Part shown: positions 14,078 to 27,189 of the stretch, piece after piece
Numbering within the stretch: the stretch's first letter is position 1
How the letters are laid out: each line of letters begins with the position of its first letter
From: Botryllus schlosseri
Lineage: Eukaryota
Length of the DNA: 64,000 bases
Direction: 5' to 3'
Assembly: GCA_051294905.1 (NCBI GenBank)
Contig: CM119371.1
Coordinates: 3,474,001-3,538,000, forward strand
The notes under the pieces: model-generated
The model's database searches: none
Told to the model about the DNA's origin: nothing
Seen by the model: the letters and a program-made list of their open reading frames with translations, nothing else
Made by a program: the position numbers and the translations under genes

Positions 14078-15614
14078 CAGGGGTCGGCAACATTTTGCTA
14101 GTCACGGGCCAAATTTCGAGTGCACAACATTTTAGCGGGCCGGATATTTTCTTATTACTATATTTATCGATCACGTCGGTATATTGCCCTACAATGCTGC
14201 AATCTCAATCATACAAATCACAAAAAGAGCAAAACACATGTATTTACACTTCAACAACGCAGGATAAATGTGACACTTGGCGCAGCTTGATTTGTGAAAG
14301 GTTTTCAACTTCTGCTAACAAGTCAGATGAAGTAAGAATCAGACCATATTCTAAATGGGCGTTGGAATACGTGATCTTAGCTAGCTCTTCGTGAATTTCA
14401 TAGTTGAAAACAAAAGTTGATGCCATTTCTTTTGCATTGTTGTTCAAGCTAGGATGAAGACCCATTTCAAGAACGTACTCTTTGTCAAAGTCATTCAGCG
14501 ATATGCTCTTTGTATGAAATTTGTCATTTAATTCAACTCCATCTCATTTCAAATGGGCCTATTTGAAATTTTCTGGCAAATGTTTTGGCGTTTACATTAA
14601 ACGGAGTACGGAGTAGTCCGAATATATTTTGTACAGAACGAATATCGGAAAAGCGGGTGGAAATTCAGTAATTAAATATTCCTATATCACAGTTACAAAT
14701 GTATAGTGCTGGTACTAGATTTACTCTCCTCCAGAGGAAAGTGAGCATAATTTTCTTTGTACTTTGACATTCCCAGAGTTGCAGTTTTGTTTCGAATGCG
14801 TCTCAACTTCTCATGTAGGCTATTTAGTTGTTTCCCCCAGAAGTTGCAAATTCAATTTGTTTAGATGTGGCGTTAAATGTACTACGAAAGCTAGATTAGA
14901 TACCCATTTTCGATGACAAGATTATGAGTTGGCGATGTTTGTATTTTCAGGGAAAGTTGCTATTTCATTTCTCAGTTCATACACTCGTGCAAGCATAGCT
15001 TCTCGACTTAATGCGCGAACATGGCAGATATACAAGACATCGCCATATTGATGCTCTGCTTCTAGTAATATCTGAGGTAGGTAGGCTAGCTGTCTGTCAT
15101 TCAGTTTGTGAGACAAAAACACTATTCAGGCTTGTTGTCTTAGCGTAAAATGTCTTCTGGTGAATTAAACTACAGATGACTAACCTATGGATGTTAGTTA
15201 TCTATGATGAAACAGGGAAAGTTTGAGATTTTGTCATTGCGTCGGAGCAGAGGAACGGCACCTTTATTGTCGCACCCTATCTGAGAGGCAAAATCCCTTA
15301 AAAAAGTATGGTATACCCTCGGTTGCGCAATACACCTGCTTGCTAAGCACTGGTCTAGTCTATTCCACAAACATTCTCCATCTCCTAATTTCAGTACGAG
15401 ATAGGCTACTAGTCGATCGCCTTCGCACCAGTTTCATGGCTTAACAATAGACTAATACTGCGTAGGATACTTTATATTGGAGCAATGCCGCATTCTTTCC
15501 AAGCAGTGCTGCACTGCAGATTGGAACTCATTACGAAACGGCGGGCCGTATTCTCGTGGGAACTAGTTATTTCGTCGCGGGCTGGACGATTCCGCCGTAG
15601 GTTGCCGACCCTTG
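14078..15614 (-). mobile_element. Decayed hAT (Charlie/Buster-like) transposon with transposase remnants
   Basis: TIRs CAGGGGTCGGCAAC/GTTGCCGACCCTTG, 8-bp TSD CCCTAATA; remnant YGDVLYICHVRALSREAMLARVYELRNEIATF is typical of GTF2IRD2/EPM2AIP1-like hAT transposases. Confidence 0.88.
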
Positions 15615-18476
15615 CCCTAATATATCAAAAAATTATAGATGCAAATCTTTACTGCAACTTTCCAAATGCAACAATAACTTTCCATAGTAATAATTAAACT
15701 TTATGTAGAGAGTAAGGGTTCTCAATCGTTGGGGCATGGCCCAATGGTGGGCCACATGAGTAATGTAAGGGCTATTTGGAAAATTGTGAAATTAGTGAAA
15801 GCTTAGTTATATTTTTTATATTTTTATTATCGAATTATACGTCGGCCAAGTTTAGTTATGTTTTTTATATTTTTATTATCGAATTATACGTCAAAGATGG
15901 GAGGGGAAACAGCGGATTTTGTCTCCTGGATATGACAACCTACGGCCAACAGCAACGGCAATAATTTCGATTATATAATAACTGGAAGTTATTGCTGTAC
16001 AAGCAACCAAGTATTCCAGCACTGTCATACGCCGTATGCCATTCAAAAGGATTTAAATTAAACTCGGATTGAAATGCATTCGACGCAGAATTACGGTATC
16101 CTTGATTGGTGGATCATCCGATAATTATCCAAGAAAAACTCACATAACTCCGCTTATACTAGTCGGAATTGAGTCAAATACGTTTTGCATCGGTTGGCAG
16201 AAAAATGTGATTTTTTTTTATTTTTTCCAATAAATGAAAATTTTTAATTGGATTTGTGGAGGGAGTCCTATATTGTTAGAATTGAACCAAATTTGGCGTG
16301 CAGCGTTTTTTTAAGGTAGCCTGAAAATTTAATAAGTGAACGGCTGGAATCCGGAAAAAAGGGTGTTTTTGAACAGCCCTATTATGCAATTAACGTCATG
16401 TATCTAAACCACAGTAGATAGCAGACAAAGCCTACGAGGCCAGCGACACGACATTTCGAGCACGAGTCCTATTACAGATGCGATTACTTGGGCCTACGGT
16501 TATGTCGTGCGCACCAGATCGGTTGGAGATGCGACTGATTACGCAAGGGATTGCATCTCCCGCACATGGCCTGTTGAAGATGCGATTGTTAAGGCCTGTC
16601 GCTGACGCGTACGCGTGCAGCAATGTCGTGCTCAATGATGTAGTTTCGCTCGCGTACAAACGGCAAACTAACTCAGCAGGAGATCGAGTTCTGTGCTGCT
16701 CATTGATTGGCAACACGTATCTCGCTAATTGGCAGCGCATTACACTGAGAATACGAATTACTGGGCACGGTAGCTGAAAGTGATGCGTGATTGGAAACAA
16801 ACACAAATAAAGGTGTGATTTCAAGTTTCTATCGAGGGAGATTTTTACAAGGCTTGTTGTTCCCATGTATAATTCGCACCCCCTATTTTAGGGCAAAAAT
16901 CGGTAAAATTTTGCGCATTAAGCCAAGCATAAAGAAATAAACACTGGTATAGCAGCTATTGATGATATCAGTATAGCTTACAGCAGCTGTGTACGCCCGT
17001 GACAATACCTGCCAGTGTTGGGACCAAGTCACTAGCTTCAGTCATGAGTAATTTCGAGTCATTGAACATTTTGACTCGAGTCAAGTCAAACGACTTTCGA
17101 AGCTGACTCGAGTCAAGTCAAGTCAGTCGATTTTTGGAGGTGACCCAAATCAAGTCAAGTCACGAGTCCAATCACAATTCAAATCAAGTTTCCTTTTCGA
17201 AGTAGGGGGCATGATTACGTTATTGCATTTTGCTAGCTGTCTGAAATACAGATTGAGTGGTGATTGATTTTGAATAGAACCGATGAACGAATATAGAGCT
17301 AAATATACATGCAATAAGGCGTTGTATCGCTCACATATAGGCTACGTATAACTGCTAAACTACGTAACTATAACTGCATAGTCTCAGTTTATAGTTACCA
17401 GCCAAAATAGACAACAGAGAAATGAATTGATAAAATACAATACATTACCTATTTGAATATGGATATGATACAATTCGAACCTGCGCCAATCGTTGTGGAC
17501 TATATAAACTAAATTCGAATTCAATTTCATTAAAATAAAAGCTTTGATTAGGGTAAGAACAGAAAACAGAAATAGACATTTTGCTAATAAATTACTTCAC
17601 TATACTATTTTGCGACAACGTAAGCTGTAAGCTTCGATCACTTCGTTTGCTGTCGATTTATTTTAGCAATGGAGGCTCAGTAAAACGCACAATCATTGAG
17701 TGATTGGTCGCTCTCACAGATTAAACCAGCGTTTTGCGAACAATACGAGCATATGCAAGATACAGTGATTAGATATAGTGATATGCAAGATACAGGCATT
17801 GAACTCCAACTCGGCCACATCGGTATGACGAGCCAGATATCAGCATCACTCTATGTGGCCTAAAAACCTGCGATGTTCCTTCTTCCTTTTCATTCTAATC
17901 CAGGCTACGAGTTTGAAATTTATGAGGCATATTTCTCTATCGCCCTCTGCTGACTCATATCCCTATTCCCCCGAAACATTTTGTTATATCCTAGCTGTTG
18001 TTAAAAAAGCTTCCTACCCCGGCGGCAGATCAGTCTCTTTCACTGCAACACCAATCCTGCCGTTTATTTTTTTGAAGAAACTGCTGTACGCAGGTTGTTG
18101 CTGTTGTTGTTGCCGGTATGGTACTCTTGAGGTATAGCATTATGACGTAACCCACTTCACCGATGGTTTAACCTTAGGTCACGGGAAAGTGATGCGGCGA
18201 CCATTCATTGCGTATAAATCACTAAACTATATTAGTTTTCCATGCTTTGTTAGTGGATCAAACTGTATGCAGATCTATTAGTTTGTAGATAAAACTATAG
18301 ACTGTATTAGTTTGTAGATCAAACGCTATGCCGGCCGGCCAACCCGTGGCCCGTGAGAAGGTTTTGAGTGGCCGCGAGGTAATTTCCGAAACTTCTAATA
18401 TCATCCCAAATGGATTGCACAGATTGTGAACTTGCAAGGCCAACCAAAACCAGTCACATATTGGTAGTATATATAT

Positions 18477-19494
18477 TAGGGTTACCATATTTTAGTGGCA
18501 CAAATTCCGGAGGCTCTTCAGCGCCCATTATCGGATTTCATAATGATGTATGATGAGCACATTGTCCATCAATATGACGTCGCACCAGTAAGGATTTGTC
18601 TATCGACTAGAGGCGGTCAGGATCCGGTTCAGGAGTATGTGGTTCTGTGTTATAACCAGCGCCGAAGCCACATTTCTTCAGCCCCCTCCCGCCCAAATAA
18701 GCACTGATCAAGGGTCCACCGCAGGGTAATCGATGCAACTTCTGCGAGCTTACCATATGCATCTGGTCGTTAAATCATTTGAATGAATTATGTGAATGAT
18801 ACTGGTTCTTCCATATACTACTATATAATTTTGATCCTCTCTCCGCCCACACGATCAGAGTTAGAGGTAAGCTGGTGGAGGATGATGACTTCGAAAATGC
18901 AAGGAGCGTAGTCGTACATCGCTAAGTCATGTTTATGTCACACCGATAAGATTATTTATCAGCCAACCCCATTGCGCACTGCACGACTGAGGTATGTAAA
19001 CACCGAACATCCGGTGGTTTCCAACCTTTTATGGTCGCGACTACATTTCCAATTTGAAAATGTTCTGTGGCCCAGCTCAAAATCTGATGAACTGATTATT
19101 AATTAAAGGTCGGCATATTTGTCCAGACTTACTCACAGACTCTATGAATATTGAATATACCGTTATCTTGTAATCGCGATTACAATTAGACTTTATTTTG
19201 TAAATGAATTTTATTTTCATTTATTTTTGATCGCAGTTTTTGCGAGGGTAGTAGTCCCCATATTAAAGCCAATATAGATGATACTAAATTGCCAGGCGCG
19301 AAGAAAAAATTCATGTAGCATAACATGTGCCCAAAAATAATATCGTTTTTGTTGATTTACGAAAATATTATGAGCTTACTTCAAGCCTTCAAAATTCCGG
19401 ACATCTAGGCATATTTTAGAAATTCCTCCCGGAAGCAGTTTTAACAGTGAAATTCCGGACATGTCCGGGAAATTCCGGACGTATGGCAACCCTA
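18477..19494. mobile_element. hAT-like element (TAGGGTT(A/G)CCATA TIR, TCCGGA repeats)
   Basis: Inverted termini; it interrupts a sequence that is contiguous near 4830; a right-end fragment also lies at ~4110-4331. Confidence 0.75.
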
Positions 19495-19780
19495 GTATAT
19501 CTTCGTACACTACAATAAAGCAAAATGATTTGCAATAGATTTATCAAAAGTAAAAAATTTCTACAAGCTTGTAGTAGCGCAAAATGTTGTCACTCGATTT
19601 CTTGTTTTAAATATTGTTGCCCCTTTGTGAAAATGAAAGAACGCCTAATGTATTAGATTGAGTCTAACTATCTTCGCGATTACGAGACAATGTGTCGTTC
19701 AACATATGCGGCCTTGCGTTTGCGCTCGCAGTAAGACCGTCGACTATGAAACCTATAGGCACAAATTGATTGACGCATTT

Positions 19781-19977
19781 CCTAAACCCAAGTGTTGGAG
19801 GTTTATCTATAGGCTCCTCCTCGCCACCTCATCCGCGTAAGCGGTGTCTTACAAAAAGCCTAGAAGTGGGCCGTGCTATAAGTCGGCAGTTACAGAATTT
19901 AAATGAAGAATATCGACCTGGTGTAGATGACCATAGTAGTCGACAAACACCATGAATACCTCAAAACCAACCAACCA
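19781..19977 (+). mobile_element. 5'-truncated SINE-like retroposon with (CCAA)n tail
   Basis: 12-bp TSD ATTGACGCATTT; empty site in the sister hAT MITE near 5086. Confidence 0.82.
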
Positions 19978-22387
19978 ATTGACGCATTTAGGTCGCAGCT
20001 TTCGATATCGATATGTCCAGGCGCCAAATAGCCCAGTCCTCGCAAATTTAGCCCAGCGAAATACAGCAGGCCCGCAATATACTCAAGTGACAATATTATT
20101 GACCTATGAACTTCAAAAAATGTTCGTGCTATTCCACTTTGCGCTCAGAGAATATGTATCACAAAAATGGTTCACAAAATATTTTAAACGCGGCTTGCGG
20201 CCCTCATCGATGCAAATATTGCACTTTAATTTGTAGAAGGTGAATGTATATTTGGTCGTCAAATCGCGATAGGAGATGGTGTTTCTCAGAGCACGCGATG
20301 AAATCTAAGTTTCTAGCGATAAAGTCGAAATTTTACATCTCATAACGATCGTTAGTTTGCTGAAATCAGCATCAGTACGCTGCACGAAATACATATTAGG
20401 GATCAATTTTATCGGACTGTACAATCGGCCGGCAAGGTTGTGCTGATACCGAAATTGCAGACATGCCACAAACCCGCAATAATTAGAATGACAGGGTGCG
20501 CTAGTCAAGTCATACCTAAATACCCAGATTCGGCAATGGCAATGAGCACAATTTGTTTAGACGCGGGCATAAGTTTTAATCAAAAAGATACATAATCGCA
20601 AACAATATCACACTCAGAGATTGTTATTGTTTGGCGAAAGTGTTTCTGTGGACGGTTGCAGGCCTGCATGCGGACGCGCTAAATCAAATCACCGAAGATG
20701 GTGCGCATGAGATATCGAAGACCCATTTCGCATACAGATGATTCTCGCCAATTTGCAGTAGGCTACGCAGCATCGATAATACGAATTAGTGAATTGGCAT
20801 TTCAAAAGGACGGGATTTCGAGTTTTAAATGAGAAACTCACTGGCTACGCACGCAGTGTTTTAATACCGACAACGCGCTGGTTAATATCAGTCCGGAGCC
20901 AACGGCCTGCGTAGGTCCCGATCAGCCAGTCGAATTCGATCGCGGAATGGCGCGATTTTAATTATCAAAGGCGTTATTGCAGCAAGAGCAATATGGGCGC
21001 ATGCCGCATCCTTATTAGTGCGAATACAAATCCTGATGGTTTGAAATTCGTTCCGTGATATGGTTGCGACCGATAGAGTCCATCCAGCATTTAAGTTTAT
21101 TGGAACATAAAAGGTTCCCGCTCAAACTAATCGATTGAATTCAGAATTTGCGCCATAATCTCCATTTGCGCCACATAATCTCTTGTTGCATCAATATTTG
21201 ATATCGTAATTCAACGCAATGCACTGCACATTGTGCAGTATTAATAACAAATTAAACACTGACAAGTGACATCGACGGAATACGAATATATAAAGCAGAC
21301 AAGAATGAGTAGCCTATAGATGATAGCAAACGAAAAAGTAATTCATCAACCTGCGTACAGCACAATGAGGTACCGAGTCTGACATCGCGACAATTGTTTG
21401 CTCATTATAACGACGTTTGAGATGCATTGCTGCATATCCCGATAAAAGTTAGTAAAGCCTTGTTAGATTAATGAGTATGCACACTTTGCGCACGAATTTA
21501 TTTCTATTCGCAGGCATACACAAACACACCTTCCTATTTCGTGCTCCAATTAAAAAGACTATCACAAAACTAACTCAAGAATTATTTTGCAAACGAATAT
21601 GCGCGCAAATACAATTCAATTGAGAAAAGTAGAACGTGAATTCGTTCGTCTGGTGAAAAGAGGAGATGGTGTTTCTCAGCGCAAGCGTGTCGAAATCGAC
21701 GCCGTCAACGAGGTCGCTTCAATTGTATGATTAGTGATTACTGATTAGTAATCACTGATTAGTAATCACGGATTACATTTTATATGGGCGTTTAAGGCGA
21801 TAGTTGGCATTTACGCGATATAACGGACTCGCTAATTGACAGCGCAGACGGTGGGCGTTTAGGCATTTTGCATGGAGTGGCCGCCACCCCATAATTGTGT
21901 CATGGGGTGGCTGCGCCACCCCGCCACCCCGTAACTCGGCGCCTATACAGAAACGCCCAGGTATACTCTGCTCAATATCAACGTAGTAATAATCACACGC
22001 CGAAAGACAGATTAATTGGCCATTTGTCTTAATTCAAATAACGAATATAAAGTTAAATATAGATTATACATGCATAAAGCCGGTGTATCGCTCACGCACA
22101 CGTTGAAGTGCTAATAAAATTCGTGAGTAACTGTATAGCTACATGCGGCCGTCTGTAATTATGATCCTAGGACCTAGAGGATCGTACGAAGCTTCGAAAA
22201 GTTGAAACCAATCGATAAGGTGCTCTACGTCCGTCTACACATCCGTGTGTATATAAACTCACAAACTATGTTCGTTCGATTTAAAATATAAAATGGCATT
22301 GGTAAAGGTGAGCACTGCGCACTGCACAATGTAAGCAATGAGTCGTCTAAGAAAAAAGATGCGTTGCTATTAGATTGATCTACTACA

Positions 22388-23203
22388 CAGGGGCGGGCAA
22401 CATACGGCCCGCGGGCCGGATCGGGCCCGCGAAGGGATTTTGTCCGGCCCACGGACAGTTTTCCGTCTTATATGATAATGCGGCCCGTGGCTACAGTCTG
22501 CCAAAATTTCCCGCTACTTGCTTACTACGTCAAATTTTAGTGACTGTATGTTATTATATACAATACATGTATGCGCACTGCGCAGCGTGCGAGAGTGGAG
22601 CTTACGCGTAAGTTCGTCGAAACGGGAAGAGTTGCATCATCGGCATTTACGATGTACTCAACCCTAATATCGTGTGTGGTAATCATGGCGTTTGTTGACT
22701 ACAATGGTCATTTACACCAGGCTGATATTCCTTGTTTTCGATTCCGTAGCCGGGTCGCGGGTCACTTTTCAAATGTCGTAGAAGCCGCGATCCGCATGAA
22801 TTTAATATCGAGATGAAATAGGCTACACAGTTGAACAACGACGCTATCACGTCACCTATTCAGCCCCAATGAATGGATATCTTGGTACATTTGGGGTACT
22901 GGGCTTATCGAACGCCTTGAAATCCTAATTAGTGATTGCTGCGTGTGTTGATTGATCAGAGAGAAGCATGACATGGCGTCGCCTTTATGACAATGCTGTT
23001 CTGAAATTCACATTGTCTTCGTCATTATCGGCGAGAAATGGCTTTGAAGTGACATTGCTGTCGTTAAATACATTCCTTAAATGCGATTTACAACTTGTAT
23101 ATGTGGATAAATGGGCGAATAATGCATCGATTCAGCAATCCGGCCCGTCAAGTACATAATTTTGCTATATCTGGCCCCCGGCTGGAGAAGTTGCCCGCCA
23201 CTG
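22388..23203. mobile_element. hAT MITE (CAGGGGCGGGCAAC TIR)
   Basis: TIR pair with GGCCCG subterminal repeats; imperfect TSD containing TACTAC. Confidence 0.78.
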
Positions 23204-24688
23204 TACTACGACAATGTAAGCTGTGATCGTTTCGTTTGCGGTAATTTTATTTGTGATGTAACAATGGAGGGTCAGTGAAACGTACAACAAGTGAATGACT
23301 GGTTGCTATCACAAGTGACACCGGCGTATCGCGAACAATCCGAAAATACATGAGACAGAGTGACTTGATCGACACCGTTACTGGATGACTTGCAATTGAC
23401 TCGTAAATTTTGGTCCGAGTCACGAGTCAATCCACATTTCTGAAGCTCCGAGTCAAGTCAAGTCAAGTCATTTTTGCAATCTGACTCGAGTCAAGTCAAG
23501 TCATACGAATAGTTGACTCGACTCAAGTCATGAATCGAGTCATCCCAACACTGCTATGCAGTGTCGGCTATGCAGTGTCGGCCTATGATATGGATCGGAT
23601 ATATGAACCAATCCCGACAAAATATCGCATGAACATTAACCCTTTGCGACCGGCTGTCCAGTATACTGGACAACCATTGTTTAACACAGAGGAGTCGTTA
23701 TTTAACCCAAGATAGCTAGACCTGTATTGGTCATAAACTGTTACAATCGTTTCATAAGGATAGCTCGTATGAATACGCATACATCGGACCATGTATAATC
23801 TATTATATCAATGTATATCCTATTTGAAATGAAGATTGAACACGCAAAAACGTTTCCAGCAAAATTGAATTTGTAACGATGTTCGCTTGAATGAACGCCT
23901 GAAAGGTAAACCATTGTAACTTCCGTTCTAGACGTCATATAACCAGTTACAGTTATCTTCCATGACTTGCTGTAGATTATACCATTGTATGAGAGCCCTT
24001 ATATCAAAGATTAGCACGTAGAAGATGTTTCAAATTGACGTGAAAGAAAGCAATACCTTGCCACGTGAAAATCATGGCTGCGTAAGAGCACCTGGCTGGT
24101 TGCGGTTTCAGACAGATGTATAATTGCTTCAGGCAATTGCAAATTATACATATAGTTAGCCATTATCCTGGCAAATCCATCAATATCCCTATCATGGAGC
24201 TTAGTTTTGTATAAGACAACAGACACCAGCCATAGTATCGCATTTCCATATCAATATCAATCAATATCATCATTTTCATCCCATTATGCGGACGAATGCT
24301 AATGCTCTCGAAAATTGAATACCTCGTGATATGCATCAATATGAATTAAGCTCGACACCTTTTCGCATAGCTCAATTTGCACCTTTTGACAACCCATGCG
24401 AACGAATGATGATCGTTTCCACAACTACTTACTTACTTGAGTAGATTTAAAGTCGGTCAATTCTACTTCTACTTCAAGTACTTTTAGGTTGCTTGTGGAA
24501 GAAGTACTTCTACTTGTGCTTGAGTAGATTTTTTCGTCGCTACTTCTACTTCTACTTGAGTAGCTTTCTTGACTACTTTGACCAACTCTGATTGTGGGAA
24601 CCTTGTAGTAAACATATGTTGTGTTGAAAACAAATATTTAATCAAGTACCGTGCATCATCTATTTAATGTGAATATGACATTTATTAC

Positions 24689-24868
24689 CTTTTCCTGTTC
24701 TTCGTTTCTGATTGTTCGTATTTCCTGAGATGAAGGTTGTGCGGTCCTTCTCTTCGCGGTTAATCACACCATAACTTACTGTGTCAGCAATGAGATCACC
24801 CTCCACCGTTATGGGCCTACCATACGCCGGTGAAGACGAAGATCTTTGCTCAGACTCCGTAACAATAT
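24689..24868 (-). CDS. NLR-like gene, predicted exon 3 (...GRPITVEGDLIADTVSYGVINREEKDRTTFISGNTNNQKRRTGK)
   Basis: Acceptor ttttattgcatcaatag|AT, donor AAAG|GTAATA, 180 nt, phase 1-1; joins in frame to the exon at 12234; within ORF 24660..24938. Confidence 0.65.
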
Positions 24869-25738
24869 CTATTGATGCAATAAAACAGTAAGGAACTATA
24901 GAGTATATAGAAGACATGTCAAAATTCGTTCTATTCATAGTCAGTCAACATTCACTTGAACGTCAAAATCAGTGTTACTGCACACTATTGCCTTTATTCC
25001 CAACTTAATGTATTCATTGATATATGGCAGGGGTCGGGAACCTTTTACGACCGAATAACCATATTGACCAAATATTTCCAAGTGAGCTATATATATATAT
25101 TAATGGACTGTTACGTCACAATGGAAAAACCGTAACGGATTTGTAGCACTAATACATGGAATTCGTAGTGTTCGCCACATTTTATCTGCTCACATGCAGA
25201 GGTGGTCAAAGTAGTCAATAACCTAAATCTACTCAAGTACGAGTAAGAGTACTTCTTCCATAAGCAACCTATAACTATTTGAAGTAGAAGTAGAATTGAC
25301 TGACTTTGATAGTACTCAAGTAAGGATTTAGTTGTGAAAACGATCCTAATTCGTTCGCATGGATTGTTAAAAGGTGTAAATTAAGTTGTGCGAAAGGTGA
25401 CGAGTATGATTCATATTGATGCAGACCAAATGGTATCCAATTCTCGATAGCATAAGCATTCGTCCACATCATGGGATGAAATTGATGGTATTGATATGGA
25501 AATCCGATACTTATCCTCTGTTTTCTCAAACAGCACGTTTTAGAAAATAACATGGTATGGCAACATCTCCCATATTATAAGGCCCGCAGTTTAGTCGAAG
25601 TCCTTATTTTAAGAAAATGAATCGGGTCAGGTCTGGTCATCAGAAATTCGTGAATGAGGTCATTATAACTTTGCCCCAGATATACACGACCTATGTTGAC
25701 TATGTGGTGGAGTAGGATGCACTTCATAGTACACTCAC

Positions 25739-25888
25739 GTTGGTCTGGTGAAATTGCGCCAGTTCCAGAATTCATAATGTAGTTGATGATGGTCTTGTTC
25801 CCGTGAATTTGATCTCCTGCCACAACGTTGACCGAGCTGTTTATGATCCGTTGATTGATATTTTTGCCTTCGGCCAAACTTGCAGATC
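25739..25888 (-). CDS. NLR-like gene, predicted exon 2 (N/I/V/G-rich: ...KNINQRIINSSVNVVAGDQIHGNKTIINYIMNS...)
   Basis: Acceptor tgtctcag|GA, donor C|GTGAGT, 150 nt, phase 1-1, open; overlaps ORF 25575..25877. Confidence 0.7.
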
Positions 25889-27116
25889 CTGAGACACGCG
25901 AGAATATTACGTTTGATATTCCAATGCATACTCATTTGAAAGCATTTTTAAATCAAGAATCGATCATGGGAACTTCCCATAATTTCTCATTAATATTAGA
26001 TTATGCAGCGACCGAATATTATTATTATATTTCAATAATTTAAATAGATGCTTCGTGGTACGGCTCAATTGAATATAGCTTTCAATGTATTCATAGTAGT
26101 AGAATATTTATTGAACTTGAAGACTTTTAGGGTGCCTCTTTTCGAGAGTTAACGGCACACCAAAAAGATTTTAACAGATTTAAAAGTAAAACCAAAAAGG
26201 CTAAGTATGACACAACAATCAAAATCACAGACCATGAGATTCGCATTGTAACTATGATACCAATAATAAACTTTGAAGTGCAGTACGGTACGGTTGCCAG
26301 TAAATTCGGCCCTCGCGGAATTTTGTAATAAAATGTATAAACCAACCATTAATATGAATCAATAACATAATTATACTACTAACAAGTGACTCGGAGGTCA
26401 GGGTATGCGTAGATCGCGGGAGATACGCGGAGAATTTTGTATTAAATGTATTCCCAACTACTAACATGAATTACACAATTATCTTATTACCAAGTGATTT
26501 GGAGGTCAGGGTATGCGTAGATCACGCAGTCACGGCCGATGACGAGAATATTTACGGGTTCGAATACATTTTTATTGAAAATTCATTTTATGCGAAATTC
26601 ACCGTGGGCCGAATTTCCGAGGGCCACTGGCAACCAACGCCCCACGGTACTATAGCTACAGCGCAATTTATAAATATACAGTTGCAAACACGAAACAAAA
26701 CAAACTAAGGAGAAAATAGTGAGTTATGGACAAAATCTCTTTGTCAGCATAAAATAGGTTTGTCAATTGAATATGGGTATAATTCAGCACTTTTAAATGA
26801 AACAAAGATCTGTGAATAGTGAATATATTGTCATTAGGTATAGTGTTGTGCGCAGGCGAGATTTTCACTGAAATGATTACCAATCGACAAAGCATATGCT
26901 TGGAGTAATCTTCATAACAATCTGTTTTGGCAGCTTATTTGCATTGGCGTGCGAGCTCTACGTGGTCATTTGCGCATGTTTTTGAGCGAATCAATTCGGG
27001 AATATGCTGCTTTACACGGTCAAACAGTCAATAGATAACTTTAATATTATATCATATGGATAATATATAATATTAGAGGAAATAGATGGAACTCAAATAT
27101 TCTAGTAATTACTTAC

Positions 27117-27189
27117 TGCTTCCTTCGGGTAGTAATGGTGAAGGCACATCAGCGACACCAGAAATTCTTGCTTCTCCCCCTTTCGCCAT
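27117..27189 (-). CDS. NLR-like gene, predicted exon 1 (MAKGGEARISGVADVPSPLLPEGS)
   Basis: ATG at 27189 (atcATGG), 73-nt open frame ending at a consensus donor A|GTAAGT (phase 1), compatible with the phase-1 exon at 25888. Confidence 0.65.

Larger units (their letters stand above)
17013..23553. mobile_element. Nest of elements bounded by GACTCGAGTC-family ends
   Basis: CAGTGTTGGGA at 17013 and TCCCAACACTG at 23553, with internal sequence present twice (~17310-17770 and ~22060-23370). No clean TSD, so probably two partial copies. Contains insertions 18477-19494 and 22388-23203. Confidence 0.6.

Noticed and set aside
24011..24226. 71-aa ORF in the large NLR intron as a possible death-fold exon
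   Set aside because: No good acceptor and no recognisable death-fold pattern; cannot be fully excluded without RNA data.
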